Assembly: GCA_951406725.2 (NCBI GenBank)
Contig: OX597814.1
Coordinates: forward strand, 173,662,001 to 173,726,000
Direction of reading: 5' to 3'
DNA length: 64,000 nucleotides
Source of the DNA: Octopus vulgaris
Lineage: Eukaryota
Shown: piece by piece, positions 1-13,707 of the stretch
Layout of the letters: the number at the start of each line of letters is the position of its first letter
Position numbering within the stretch: the first letter of the stretch is position 1
Notes under the pieces: model-generated
What the model was told of the DNA's origin: nothing
The model's input: the letters and a program-made list of their open reading frames with translations, nothing else
Databases searched by the model: none
Made by a program: the position numbers and the translations under genes

Positions 1-2180
1 TCAAATTTTATTCTTAACTGCAATGTAAATAATGATAAAATATAGTCTGGAAACTTCTTGGAGACACAAGGTGTGTTATTAAAGCTTACCTAGACTATAT
101 CTCCAATGAAAGAAATTATTAGTAGCTCATAGCTGTATACAGTGTACAAAATATCACACACACACACACATACACACACACACACACACAAAATAACACC
201 AACGCTCACACGGGCCACGGATTTCTGACTGACTTTGGAGTACCTAATTCGCGGAATTTTTACTACTGTCGGATTACACTACCTTGTTCATTCGGAATAC
301 GCCATTCCTGCACCTTGACGTAACTGAATAAGGATTTCGCTATTTGAAGACAAGACCGCAAATTACTCAGAAGTGGTTAGATTGATTTTAACCGAGTCGA
401 CCTGAGCTAGATTTCAGCACAAGATGTAGAGACGTGTAATTAATGCTGTAGAGCATTTCGTGAGACACTCAATCGATTCTGACACTTGAACAAAATAAAG
501 AAAGGCAAAATTTATACAGGCATTCGTGCGATAAATAATGTTAATTGTTTCATCTCTCATGGTGTTAAGTGTCTACTAACAGATGACTAAGTCCCATTCC
601 TAATATCTTTAGAGAAAATAGGAATAAAAGTTGTGAAGTCTAAACCTTTTCAACATGATTAATAGTATAATTGAAATGAAATGACTGCAATCGGAAAATC
701 GAAACCAGATTGTCGACTCAGTTTTCGGATGCAAACTGTCCACTCGTAAGTTATGGACCGTTCCTGTTTTTCCCAAGAGCAAACGATACTAAACTGTAAA
801 TATGAAAATATTTATATTTAATCCCATTGATAATTAAATACATTTTGTGGCAGCTGAGAGAGTTTCAAACAGTGTTCAGTGTTAAGTCGTGATTCTTTCG
901 GCATCTCATCAACAGTGTTGACTCTTTCAGCACCTCACCAACGGTGTAAATTTTATGTAATTGGTTAGAAGTTGCTCTTCCGTCCTGAATTTGTATTCCG
1001 TCGAGGTCAACTTTTCCTTTCGTTATTTTGGGCTCGAGAAAATAAATACCAGTTGAGTATTGGGCGTAACGTAATCAACTAATCCCCTAAAATTCTTGTA
1101 ACTGTGCCAAAATTTGAAACCTTTATTTATCCTCTTTTTCCAACTATGCCACATATTCGGGTTTTCTTTTCTTTTTGTAAGAGATACGACTAATAGCACT
1201 TTTTTTGTAAGTCTTAAACTAGAAGTGAGACTGTGTCCATGGAATTCGTAGCCCATTCATGACTTATAGGTCCTCATATTTGATATGTACATCAATAATA
1301 TATTACTGTTAGACATTTCATAGATCATAAGGTAGGAGAAATGAGACGTAAACTCAATTACCTTAAGAATGAATGCCATAATATTTTACCGGTATGAGGA
1401 ACCAATATCATATTTTACCAAACTAGTTTCGTGGATGCCGACGCAAGACGGTAATACTGGGGAAGATTCACTTATCTAATCGCTTTTCCTTCTCTGAAAA
1501 GGTATCGCTTGTTTAAAACATCTCACATCCCTCATTTGCAAAGTCTCCTTCAGTTTCTGACATTAAACGAAATTGTTTTTTAATCTATAAAATACGGTTT
1601 CAAATAAAAGATGATCTGGAGTAAATTAATCACTATAATTGCCAAGAATGCGGCATCGAGAAATCCCTAAACCCAGTCTTCGTTGGCAGAACAAATTTAA
1701 AAATAAGTAATGAAAACGGTGATTCTGAACTTTTAACATGACACCATGTTCTTTGTTGTAGAATTCTTGCTGTTATCTTTACTGAGAGCGCTAAAAAGTT
1801 ATTACGCCTACACGACAATGCGGCTTTGCAAACCATATGCTTTTAACATTCTAGGCTGTTTAGTAAACGATCTTAACGGACAGGAATAATTATAACCGAC
1901 TTGGCTCTGTCTCCTTGACGTAAGAGAAGAAACGAAAGCAAGCTCATTAACTGCTATCATCATTACCACCGCCAACAATATGATAGCAATAATAACAACA
2001 ACAATAATAACGAAACTAGGATTGGTTACAATAATGCTTTATTGATAGCAGCATCCACTGGCGTCAGTTTCTATAGAATGATTAAGCTGATGGCATCATT
2101 TTACTGGAAGCATGGAATTCGGTTCAAAATTATCTTTTGCTAAACAACACCGTTATCAAGACAAACCATGTATTACCAAT

Positions 2181-2199
2181 GTGTGTGTGTATGTGTATG

Positions 2200-2277
<78 letters not shown>
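2181..2277. repeat. (GT)n/(TA)n compound microsatellite
   Basis: Direct reading; explains YIYI ORFs at 2112-2404. Confidence 0.95.
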
Positions 2278-2278
<1 letters not shown>

Positions 2279-2556
2279 GAATATATACGACTCATCAGTG
2301 AGCACGTTTTACCTCATGAGAACTTGAACGAGGAAATATCTTGTTTATCAAAACAGAATTATGTATGCATGAATTACAATATTAAACAAAAGAGAACTCA
2401 ATAAGTTTCATCGATATACACATACTTATGTAGATGGATATGTGTGTGCCTTTGTGTGTGTGCATGTATGCAAGAATAATACATACGTGCGTGTACGTGT
2501 GTGTGTAGCCTACTGACTACACACACACATACATACGCAAACACGCATACACAAGT

Positions 2557-2661
2557 ATGTATGCATGCATGTATGTATGTATGTATGTATGTATGTATGT
2601 ATGTATGTATGTATGTAGGTATGTATGTATGTATGTATGTATGTATGTATGTATGTATGTA
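2557..2661. repeat. (TATG)n microsatellite
   Basis: Direct reading. Confidence 0.95.
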
Positions 2662-2928
2662 TCATGACGACCTCATTGTAGCTACAGAGAACCATATTGA
2701 ATTTTGGCACGAAGCCAGCTTTTTTTATGGTGTTATCTTCAAAAGATGTCATCTGAAATGCTGAGTTATAGTTCCTGACCATCTTCAGCCAATATCTGGA
2801 CTTTGTCTTAGAGACCAACAACTGCATTTTCAATGACACTGGATGCTTAGCCAACAGATGTATGCAAAATTTTCTGTTACGACAACATATTGATGGCATT
2901 CCATCTCCTCAATATTTGCATATCACTA

Positions 2929-3148
2929 AAGCGGTGAGCAGGCAAAATCGTCAGCACGCTGGACTAAATACTTAGCAGCATTTCGTCCGTCTTTATGTTC
3001 TAAGTTCAAATTCCACCGCGGTCGGCTTTGCCTTTTTTCCTTTCGGGATCGATAAAATAAATACTAGTTGAGCGCTGGGGGTCGATGCAATCGACCTGAC
3101 CCCCGCTCCTTCGAAATTGCTGGCCTTGTGCCAAACTTTGACATCAAA
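2929..3148 (+). mobile_element. tRNA-derived SINE, family A (short-tail form)
   Basis: Head GCGGTGAGCAGGCAAAATCGTCAGCACG, B-box-like GTTCAAATTCC, body CCTTTCGGGATCGATAAAAT shared with >15 copies in the window. Confidence 0.85.
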
Positions 3149-3164
3149 TTTAGTTTGCCACGTA

Positions 3165-3737
3165 AGGCGGTGAGCTGGTGGGACCGTTAGCACGCTGGGC
3201 TAAATGCCTAGCAGCATTTCGTCCGTCTTTACGTTCTGAGTTCAAATGCCACCGGAGTCGACTTTGCCTTTCATCCTTCGGATATCAATAAAATAAGTAT
3301 CAATTGAGCACTACTGAGACCCCCTTCGGTCATGACTGACCGTAGGGTTGCACCTAGAAAGTTACCCTCCCAGGCACAAGTCCGGGAAAATTTGTTTATG
3401 GAAGATCAGCAGTTGCCCATGTTGAAAAGGTTTAGACTTCACATTGGCCTCCCTTCTCCACGCCACCAGTGTTATCCAAGGGAAAGACAAAGGCCGATAC
3501 AGCTCGGCACCTGTGACGTCGCAACTCATTTCTACAGCTGAGTGAGCTGGAGCAACGTGAAATAAAGTGTCTTGCTCAAGAACACAACTCACAGCCCGGT
3601 CCGGGATTCGAACTCACAACCTCACGATCGTAAGCTCGACGCTCTAACCACTGAGTCATGCGCCTTCAATTGAGCACTAGGGGCGATGTAATCGACCTAC
3701 CCACTCCCTTGAACTTGCTGGCCTTCTGCCAAAATTC
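3165..3737 (+). mobile_element. SINE family A copy interrupted by a nested SINE (3314-3665)
   Basis: Family A head and body 3165-3313, resumes at 3680; 14-bp target-site duplication TCAATTGAGCACTA at 3300-3313 and 3666-3679. Confidence 0.9.
3314..3665 (-). mobile_element. tRNA-derived SINE, family B (CORE-like domain), full length with TSD
   Basis: Minus strand: A box TGACTCAGTGG, B box GTTCGAATCC, CORE-like TGTGTTCTTGAGCAAGACACTT; exact 14-bp TSD; headless sister copy at 52958-53177. Confidence 0.9.
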
Positions 3738-4730
3738 AGCAAGTTGCTAGTGTGCTAATGAATGGTGCAGTATGAAAGAAGGTGGTTGCAAAAATAGTAC
3801 TGCACTTCGGCTGTTAGCTTCTGTATGCAATGCATAGAATCTAGCTTGGTTTTATTCAGTATATTCTTGTTATCTTGTCATGAAATACTTGATGTCATCA
3901 TTATTCATGCTATCAAGTTGTTATGATAGCATCATAACAACTTGTTTTTCAATTTCCTTCTGTCTGCTCTTTCATGCGTACTATGCCATGCATAACGCTC
4001 TCTGGTTATTGCCACCTTCCCCTGACGTGTCTTGAAGTATTCATTCTCTCATTCTCTCTCTCCCTCTCTTTCTCTCTCTCCCCCCCTCTCTCTCTCTTCT
4101 AACTTTACCGGTTTCAGAAGAATTTTAACTTTTATTTTTTCTTATAGTTGTTTCAATCATTGGATTGCGACTATATAGCAATAGACTTGCATAAAAGACT
4201 AGTAATCCTCATGTTCTCAAAGAAAGAACAAATCAGCTTCGCAGCCTCTTTATGCATTACAGTGAAAATTTGTAAAACATTCCAGGTTTTCTCTATTAAA
4301 TGATTTTAGAATGAACATATGCACCTAACCACATGTACGTATGAAAAACACTCAGACACATATGCACATACACACAACACACATACACACGCACACAATC
4401 ACACAAACACTTACAGTTATAAAATACACACATTCGTGCACTGGTACAACTCGTACACCCACAAGACGTGTACAAATTTATCTACATGTGCACCTACATA
4501 CATGCACACTCTAACTGATTCATACTTCAAAGAACTAGCTGCCATGACTTAGACAAAAGATCCTCATCTTGTTAGCGATAGGTTTAAATTCTGTGAGGGC
4601 AAAAATTAAATTCCGAAGAAAAACATACATTCGTACATACATATAAACATTCATTCATTTGTGCATGCATATGTATGTATGCGTGTAAATAAATAAATAA
4701 ATAAATATATATATATATATATTTACACGC

Positions 4731-4800
4731 ATACATACATACATACATACATACATACATACATACATACATACATACATACATACATACATACATACAT
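4731..4800. repeat. (TACA)n microsatellite
   Basis: Direct reading. Confidence 0.95.
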
Positions 4801-5345
4801 GATTTGTGGTAGATAAGAAAAACTGTGTATAGTTGTGGAAATTAGCTGCCCACCGGATGTTAACATAAAGCTGAAGATCAGTGAAAAAGAGAATACCTAC
4901 GCTGAACTATTAAGAAAACTATTAAGAAATCACTTTATCCAGATTACAAGTTCAAGTTTATACCTGTAATTATTGGGGCCCTGGGATATGTAACATATTG
5001 CCTAAATATCAATCTTGAGAAATTAGGCTTCTCAAAACCAGCAAAAAAGAAAGCTAATTCGAAGACTACAGATCCAATTCATCAGTAGAACTGTAAAAAT
5101 CTGTAAAACTTTCCAGAAGTTTATCATTTAGATATATATGAGCATGTCTAGATATACAACTATATGCATGAGAATACATACATAAAGCAGAACATACAAA
5201 TACGCACATAGACATACATGCATACAAACAAACAAAAATACTTTGTTGTTGATGTTGAAATGCCAATGAAGGAGCCTTGGATCTAGGTTAGAAACCGGCT
5301 CTTTCTCTATTGGCAAGAAATCTTGAAATAAAACTCAATAATGAC
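4801..5345 (+). mobile_element. 5'-truncated R4/Dong-like non-LTR retrotransposon (restriction-like endonuclease C-terminus + 3' UTR)
   Basis: Frameshifted translation EKLCIVVEISCPPDVNIKLKISEKENTYAELLR / LYPDYKFKFIPVIIGALGYV / RKLIRRLQIQFISRTVKICKTFQKFII-stop matches RLE motifs (ExxCP, EKxxxY, PxxIGALG); ends AATAAAACTCAATAATGA then (CATA)n. Confidence 0.8.
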
Positions 5346-5439
5346 ATACATACATAAGATGCTTATTAATACTCGTACTGTACAAAATATTGATACATAG
5401 GTTATTCTACTTTGAAAATGTTCGTAATTTAATTTCATA

Positions 5440-5600
5440 TTGATTTCAAAATGTTGGTACAAGACCAGCAATTTCTAGGAAGGGCGTAAATCGATTACAT
5501 CGACCCCATTGTTCAACTGATACTTATCGATCCCGAAAGTCGACCTCGGTGAAGTTTGAACACAGAAAATGAAGACGAACGAAATGCCGCTAAGCATTTC
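5440..5600 (-). mobile_element. SINE family A, degenerate
   Basis: GATTACATCGACCCC and GTCGACCTCGGTGAAGTTTGAAC match the reverse complement of family A. Confidence 0.75.
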
Positions 5601-5904
5601 ATCCTTAAATTAAAATCGTATTAATAACAATAATTGATATTAAAAAATTCACAGAACTTCAGGCAAAGGGCATCCGGTCGCGATTTATTAAAAGTCATTT
5701 ATTCAAGATGATGCTTTATAAATAGTGTCCTGATGGTTTTCGCCTGAAGGTTCATGGATTTTTAAATATTTAATAATTGCTATTACAATGGGATGTTGCT
5801 ATCCAGTTATGTAAAAGTTTAAAGAAATGTGACTTGTATTGTGCTGTATCAATATATATGTGTGCGAGTGATATATCGACCATAACAATCAACTTCTAGG
5901 TATC

Positions 5905-6220
<316 letters not shown>

Positions 6221-6463
6221 GGCGCGTGGCTTTGTGGTTAGGGTGTCAGTATAATGATCGTAAGATTGTGGTTTTAGTTCCTGTACCGAGCGATGCGTTG
6301 TGTTCTTGAGCAAAACACTTCATTTCACGTTGCTCCAGTCCACTCAGCTGGCAAAAATGAGTAACGCTGCGATGAACTGGCGCCCTGTCCAGCTGGGGAA
6401 CACATACGCCATAGAAACCGGGAAACCGGGCCCATGAGCCTGGCTAGGCTTTAAAAGGGTGCA

Positions 6464-6464
<1 letters not shown>
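6221..6464 (+). mobile_element. tRNA-derived SINE, family B variant (CORE-like + V-SINE-like 3' domain)
   Basis: GGCGCGTGGCTTTGTGGTTAGG head, TGTGTTCTTGAGCAAAACACTT, then GCGATGAACTGGCGCCCTGTCCAG; duplicate at 7103-7346. Confidence 0.85.
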
Positions 6465-6516
<52 letters not shown>

Positions 6517-6520
<4 letters not shown>

Positions 6521-6781
6521 GGAGATGTGGAACACGAGTTGTGATATATAAAAAAAGGAAATGAAGAAAATGCTGACAAAATAATTTAAGTAAGGGAGAG
6601 TGTATTTAATTAGGTGAAAGTTCTTTTTACCGGTTGCGCATTCTATCAGAAAGGAACTCTATCTATCTTTAAAAAAATCTTTTGATAAGCATAACAAATG
6701 CGCAACCGGTAAAAAGAACTTTCACCTAATTAAATACACTCTCCCTTACTTAAATTATTTTGTCAGCATTTTCATCATTTC

Positions 6782-6785
<4 letters not shown>
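6517..6785. mobile_element. (TA)n-embedded palindromic insert with variant hammerhead motif (putative PLE-derived)
   Basis: 89-bp inverted arms 6554-6642 / 6697-6785 with one mismatch; flanked by (TA)n; duplicate at 7397-7665. Confidence 0.8.
6678..6717 (+). ncRNA. Hammerhead-like motif, variant core (UUGAUAA...GCAA)
   Basis: TCTT-TTGATAA-GCAT aacaa ATGC-GCAA-CCGG-TA-AAAAGA: type I topology with palindromic stem III; stem I weak. Confidence 0.5.
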
Positions 6786-6824
<39 letters not shown>

Positions 6825-7007
6825 TATATCCTTTTATTCTTTTACTTGTTTCAATTATTTGATTGCAGCCATGTTGTAGCACCGCCTTAAAGGGTTTTGG
6901 TCTAATTCTTTGAAAGCCTAGTACTTATTCTATCGGTATCTTATGCCGAACCGCTAAGTTACGGGTACGTAAACACACCAGCATCGGTTGACAAGCGATG
7001 GCGGGGG

Positions 7008-7082
<75 letters not shown>

Positions 7083-7345
7083 GAGAGAGAGAGAGAGAGA
7101 GAGGCGCGTGGCTTTGTGGTTAGGGTGTCAGTATAATGATCGTAAGATTGTGGTTTCAATTCCTGTACCGAGCGATGCGTTGTGTTCTTGAGCAAAACAC
7201 TTCATTTCACGTTGCTCCAGTCCACTCAGCTGGCAAAAATGAGTAACGCTGCGATGAACTGGCGCCCTGTCCAGCTGGGGAACACATACGCCATAGAAAC
7301 CGGGAAACCGGGCCCATGAGCCTGGCTAGGCTTTAAAAGGGTGCA

Positions 7346-7400
<55 letters not shown>

Positions 7401-7661
7401 GGAGATGTGGAACACGAGTTGTGATATATAAAAAAAGGAAATGAAGAAAATGCTGACAAAATAATTTAAGTAAGGGAGAGTGTATTTAATTAGGTGAAAG
7501 TTCTTTTTACCGGTTGCGCATTCTATCAGAAAGGAACTCTATCTCTCTTAAAAAATATCTTTTGATAAGCATAACAAATGCGCAACCGGTAAAAAGAACT
7601 TTCACCTAATTAAATACACTCTCCCTTACTTAAATTATTTTGTCAGCATTTTCATCATTTC

Positions 7662-7728
<67 letters not shown>

Positions 7729-7732
7729 TATA

Positions 7733-7933
7733 TCCTTTTATTCTTTTACTTGTTTCAATTATTTGATTGCAGCCATGTTGTAGCACCGCCTTAAAGGGTG
7801 TTGGTCGAATTCTTTGAAAGCCTAGTACTTATTCTATCGGTATCTTATGCCGAACCGCTAAGTTACTGGTACGTAAACACACCAGCATCGGTTGACAAGC
7901 GATGGCGGGGGTTACACACACACACACACACAA

Positions 7934-7997
<64 letters not shown>

Positions 7998-8523
7998 ATA
8001 AATATTAGGGAATAAATCCAAATTTACAGGGAAAAAATCAGATTTAGGATTAAATCCAATTTTATAGTAAAATATTATAAAATATTATTAGAGACAAAAC
8101 CACTATTTTGCAAAACAAACAAGGAAAGACTTAATCAATACATAAAATTTTAATAAATAGTCAGAAAGGGAAGCATTTCGATTATCCCCACGTGGTGAGT
8201 TGTAATATATATCAGAAAATAAAGAAGGAAAATGCACACACTTTACACCGTTTTGATATAATTTTTTAATATATTTTGTATTCTGTTGTGTTTGTCAATA
8301 CAAGATATATTAAGAATTACATTGAAACTATGTAAAGTGCGTGCATTTTCCTTCTTTAATTTCTTATTTATATACGACGGGCTTCTACCAAATACACTCA
8401 CAAGGCTTTGGTCGGCTCGAGGCTATAGTAGAAGACAGTAGACCAAGGTGCCACGCAGTGTGACTGAACTCGGAACCATGTGGTTGGGAAGCAAGCTTGT
8501 TACCACACAGCTACGTTTACGCC
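7733..8523 (-). mobile_element. tRNA-derived SINE, family C, with inserts in its internal (TA)n tract
   Basis: Tail CTTTTATTCTTTTACTTGTTTC at ~7735, head ending ACCACACAGCTACGTTTACGCC at 8523; foreign sequence 7995-8370 inside the internal microsatellite. Confidence 0.8.
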
Positions 8524-8535
8524 TATGTATATATA

Positions 8536-8587
<52 letters not shown>

Positions 8588-9128
8588 AATTCAAATAAAA
8601 AGAACACCAAGAAATTCTTGAACACATCTTTAATGATTCGTTACAATGGTTTCTGCACCAACTCTACTTGCAACACCAGCTTACGCAAAAATTCGAAGTG
8701 AAAATGTACGTATTGTTTGCGGTTTTAGACATTAGAGTTACACTTCATCAGACTTGCATCAAAGGTGCACTTTTACATTATGATCCAAACCCACATAACG
8801 CTGTTACTGTCGTGAAACCAGGATATTCTGCACTTGATAAATTTCGGTATTAGTCGGGAGCCCGACAGTATTGATAGCCAGAATTCGGACTGAGTGCTTC
8901 TCTGGAAATAACCTACCTTTACACCGTACCAGGACCTATATATTTGTATGTGACTGGTTTTCACACAGTTCTCATCTACTAAATTCACTCATAAGACATT
9001 GGTTGCTCTGGTGCAATAGCAGAAGACATTTGCCCTGCAGTGGAACTGAACCAAAAGTTACTTGGTAACGAGACGTACTTAAGCACATAGATACGCTCGT
9101 GCCTATATATATTTACATCTCCATGTCT

Positions 9129-9165
<37 letters not shown>

Positions 9166-9318
9166 TGCGTGCATGCATGCGTGTGTGTAGGTGTGTGGGT
9201 ACCTGCATGCCTGTGTGCGTGTGTATGCGTGCGTATGTGTGAATATAGTCGCAACAATCTGAAAATGTTGAGCGGCATTTTACGAAATTGATCCTGTAAT
9301 ACAGGTTTTATGATAATA

Positions 9319-9704
9319 CTAGCAGTATCGCCCGGCGTTGCTCAGGTTTGTAAGGGAAATAACTATAAAGCATTTTTAGAGAGTTATAGCCAAAAAATAG
9401 CAAAAAAATGGAAAAAAATGATGGTAAATTTTTTTTTGAGATTTAAAAAAGGTGGAGTTGCGTCCCCTGGACAGTTTATAGTTTGTGTTTCTGATTCTCG
9501 ACCCCATGTCGAATTTATCGATTTTTTTTCAGAACTGGGGGAACTTTTCAAGATTTTCGCTGCGTTAGTTTTGAATTATGACATTGGGCTATGTGTGTGT
9601 CAAGTTTCATCAGAATCGGTCGAAAGCCGTGGTCAGGGTGAGGGTACAAGCAAACAGACACACAGAAACACGCACAGACAAACTGCCGTTTATATAGAGA
9701 GAGA
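9319..9704 (-). mobile_element. Non-autonomous Helitron
   Basis: Minus strand starts TC, ends with hairpin CCTGAGCAACGCCGGG followed by CTAG; inserted between A and T; sister copy 44708-45096. Confidence 0.85.
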
Positions 9705-10367
9705 TATTTCGATTCAAGAAATTTGATGTTTTACATATTAATTTCTTTTTAAATATTGATATTTTAAGTGTTGATTTTCCTTTAAAATTAAAATACTTAC
9801 TTTAGACCCAAATTGCATGCAGAACATTTAAAGCAAAGCTTATGGTATTTGATATTCCCTGCTTCTATTCTCTCTTGAGGGTACACGCTTTTCACGCAGA
9901 TACCACACTTTTCAGCACCGCCCTGAAAATAGAAAGCAAAAATAGAAGAATAAATCTATAGTAGGTTTGATACTGCTTAAGGAACATAAGCAAACGAAGG
10001 AACTAATTATTGGATAATTGTAGAAGCATTCATTGTTGACACTGCTAGTATTAGCATCGTGTTCTTCACTTTCACGAAAAATGAACATACACACACGTGC
10101 ATGTACGTGTATGCATATATGTATGTATACCTATACACACATACACACACACACACATGCACACACAAGGAGACAAGGAGAGACTCAGGACAGAAATGAG
10201 TCGAGGGAAATTGTTGTTGGCCTATGTCCTAGGAAGGTCAAGTTAAAGGCCTGTGTGAGTGAAATAAATACCTGCCCGTGTGTTTATGTGTACATGTTTG
10301 TGTGTATGCTGTGAGCATGTGTGAGTATGTGTGTGTATGTTTGTGCATTTGCGTGTAAATGAGTGTA

Positions 10368-10418
<51 letters not shown>

Positions 10419-11431
10419 TGGGTGTTGAAAAATCTCAAATCTGGCGACAAGAATCTTAATCTCTGAGCAAGCATTCGTTAATTTCATTCGTCGCGGCAAA
10501 ACATATTTAAGTGCCGTAGTGGGTGGTTAAAGAGGAATTTGATTGGAACATACTTGATTAATAAAAACCGAGGAAGGTTGTACATAGCAAGTAACTAGCG
10601 TCAAATGTCTCAACCTTAATAATTTTTTCCTTTCATAAATACTGCGGCAACTTGGAATAACCAACACACACACACACACACACACGCGCGCACACACAAA
10701 CAAACAAACAAACATAAACACATCCTTGTAACAACCATTGGTATTCAAGAATTATTTACGTATGATAAATCTATTTCAAGAGTGTGCTTCCTAACTGTCA
10801 AAATATGCATATCTGAAAGAAAAATAACACAACTCGGTAGGTTAAGTCACAGAGTTTAAATTTAAAAGATTACTTGACAATGCTTCAGTTATCTTCGTGT
10901 CGTATGCTTCTCATCAAGTTTTGTTTCCGTTTTTATTTTGTAGCTAACTCCATTTCAGATAGAACTACAATGGTTTTGTTCTTTCCAAAGAAATTTAAAT
11001 ACTGCGTGATACCAAAATATTCCCCCAGCACATTGATATGTGTGTTTGCCTCTCTGTGCGAGTGTGTGTTTACATATATATGCATGCATACATACGTATA
11101 TGATACTTATCTAAATCATTCATTCTACGGAGTCTTTACAACAACATGACTTTGTCTAACAGCCCTTTCTAACCACCATATTGCCACAAACAACTCAACT
11201 GCAAACGTTTGCTTTTGTTTTTCTCCCTCACCTCACCATCTTCCATTTCAATGTTGCTTGCTGCTGCTGCTCGTAATTTTATTTATTGCTTTGTTGATTA
11301 TTTTTTCATTTCTTTAATTAATGATAATATCTTATTCAGAGTATTGTCCACATCTTTAACCATAAATTCAAATGAACAGTTTTAATACTTTTTTTTCCCC
11401 TCCACTGAAATCGTTTCTATTTTGAAAAGAC

Positions 11432-11471
<40 letters not shown>

Positions 11472-12003
11472 AAATTAAAGACGGCAAAAATAGAAAACAA
11501 AATAAAAAATAATTTTAAAATTATGCTATTACAAGAACCAAATTTTTCACCAAAACAATACCATTAAGTTCCTCTAAGCAACGCAATAAAATACTGACAC
11601 AAATTACAGGGTTTCATTAAAAAAATAAGCTAAGACTAAAATAAAATATACAAATATCTAATCGACTGTATAAATGAAAAGAGCAGACGATCTCTCATTG
11701 TTGTGAAACGTATGCTACTTCTTTGCCGTTCATATAGAGCAGGCAACAATGCAGCAACAATTGAATCTCCTTTTCATCAATTACATTTTAAAATGTCCAC
11801 CAGCGCCATAACTACCTTCCCTTCCGATCATAGATTATGGTTGTTACCAAGATATTTTGCATGCTGAGAAAATGCGTTACCGGAATGCAATAAAATTCTC
11901 TCCTTAATTTATTGTCTCCTTTCTAATTAATTTATCTGTTTGATTTTATTAAATTATTTTTTCTTATTAAATGTTGTTTTATTCCGGTTCTATTTTATTC
12001 GTT

Positions 12004-12502
<499 letters not shown>

Positions 12503-13579
12503 GTATTTGTACATGTGTATATATGTGTATATGTACTTACGTAGATACAAATATGTCTCTTTAAGTATGTGCATATGTACGTATAAGCGTATATATATTA
12601 TGCGCGCACACGTATGTAAGAGTATGTATGTATGTATATATATATAAAATATTACAAAACACTGTTAGCTTAAGTGGAAGTGGAGCGATTGTATGTTTTA
12701 GTATACACACATTTTTAGGCTCGCTTTTAAAAGTAGACATATTATTCTATAGCAGCAAGAAAAATAGATCGATCTAACTAGATGCAGTGTAGAGTATGTT
12801 TTTTTTTATGGGGGGGGGGTTAATCAGTTATTCATTTTTCCAACCCATAGAAAGTATAATACGTTATAATGATCTGAAGACTGCACAAACTCATGTAGAA
12901 CTAAATTTACCTGTTCTAATTTGCATAATATTGCTAGTACTTGACAACGGGAATAAATTTATAGAAGCACTACAAGGCGTTACAATAAATAGAGATGTAA
13001 GGTAAATTTACGAGCTTGTGTTTTTGATAAATACATATTTTTAGTTTCACTTTGATAAGAAATTAATGTGGTTTAACTGTTTTATCGATATAGGTTAGAG
13101 TCTATGGCCAGAAAATGAGGACCAAGTGACTGGTTTCAGTAATTATTAATACGTTGTCGAGTGGAATTGCTGACTTTCCTTATCAAACAGAGAATAGTGG
13201 ATCACAGGTATTTATCGTGTACACAAACTCGGAAAGTTTTTCCGAATTTGCATACATAAATAAACAGACAAACCGACCGACAGATAATGTAGTGGTTTCA
13301 TATCATATTGTTAAGCGAAAATAGGATTTAAGTTGAATGAAACAATACATATTTCTTTATTGCCCACAAGGGGCTAAACATAGAGAGGATAAACAAGGAC
13401 AGACAAAGAGATTAAGTCGATTACATCTACCCCAGTGCCATTCGGTGTTTAAAATTGTTGAAATTTCTTACAAAATTCCTATTTTGGTTTTCACATTAAC
13501 TTGTGTAGGTGAAACTATGTAAAATGTTAGAGAAAGAAACCTATCAGTTTCTTACAATATATACAATGCATACATCTAA

Positions 13580-13707
13580 ATCAATTTTTTTTTTCAGGGG
13601 CCTTTAAAATATTATTGTGAATCCCAAATTTACTATTTTATTACGTTGACCCCCAAAAATCTTATATGACCTTCAGGGGCCACATGAACCCCGGTTAAGA
13701 ACCACTG
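13580..13707. mobile_element. hAT-like MITE end (one terminus)
   Basis: Ends GGTTAAGAACCACTG (reverse complement CAGTGGTTCTTAACC, hAT/Charlie-type TIR); partner TIR not found. Confidence 0.45.

Noticed and set aside
3590-3664. tRNA gene
   Set aside because: A and B boxes continue into SINE body and tail bounded by a TSD; it is a SINE head, as are the other tRNA-like sequences.
9310-9726. 138-aa ORF with a paralogue at 44521-44937
   Set aside because: Antisense reading of a non-autonomous Helitron.
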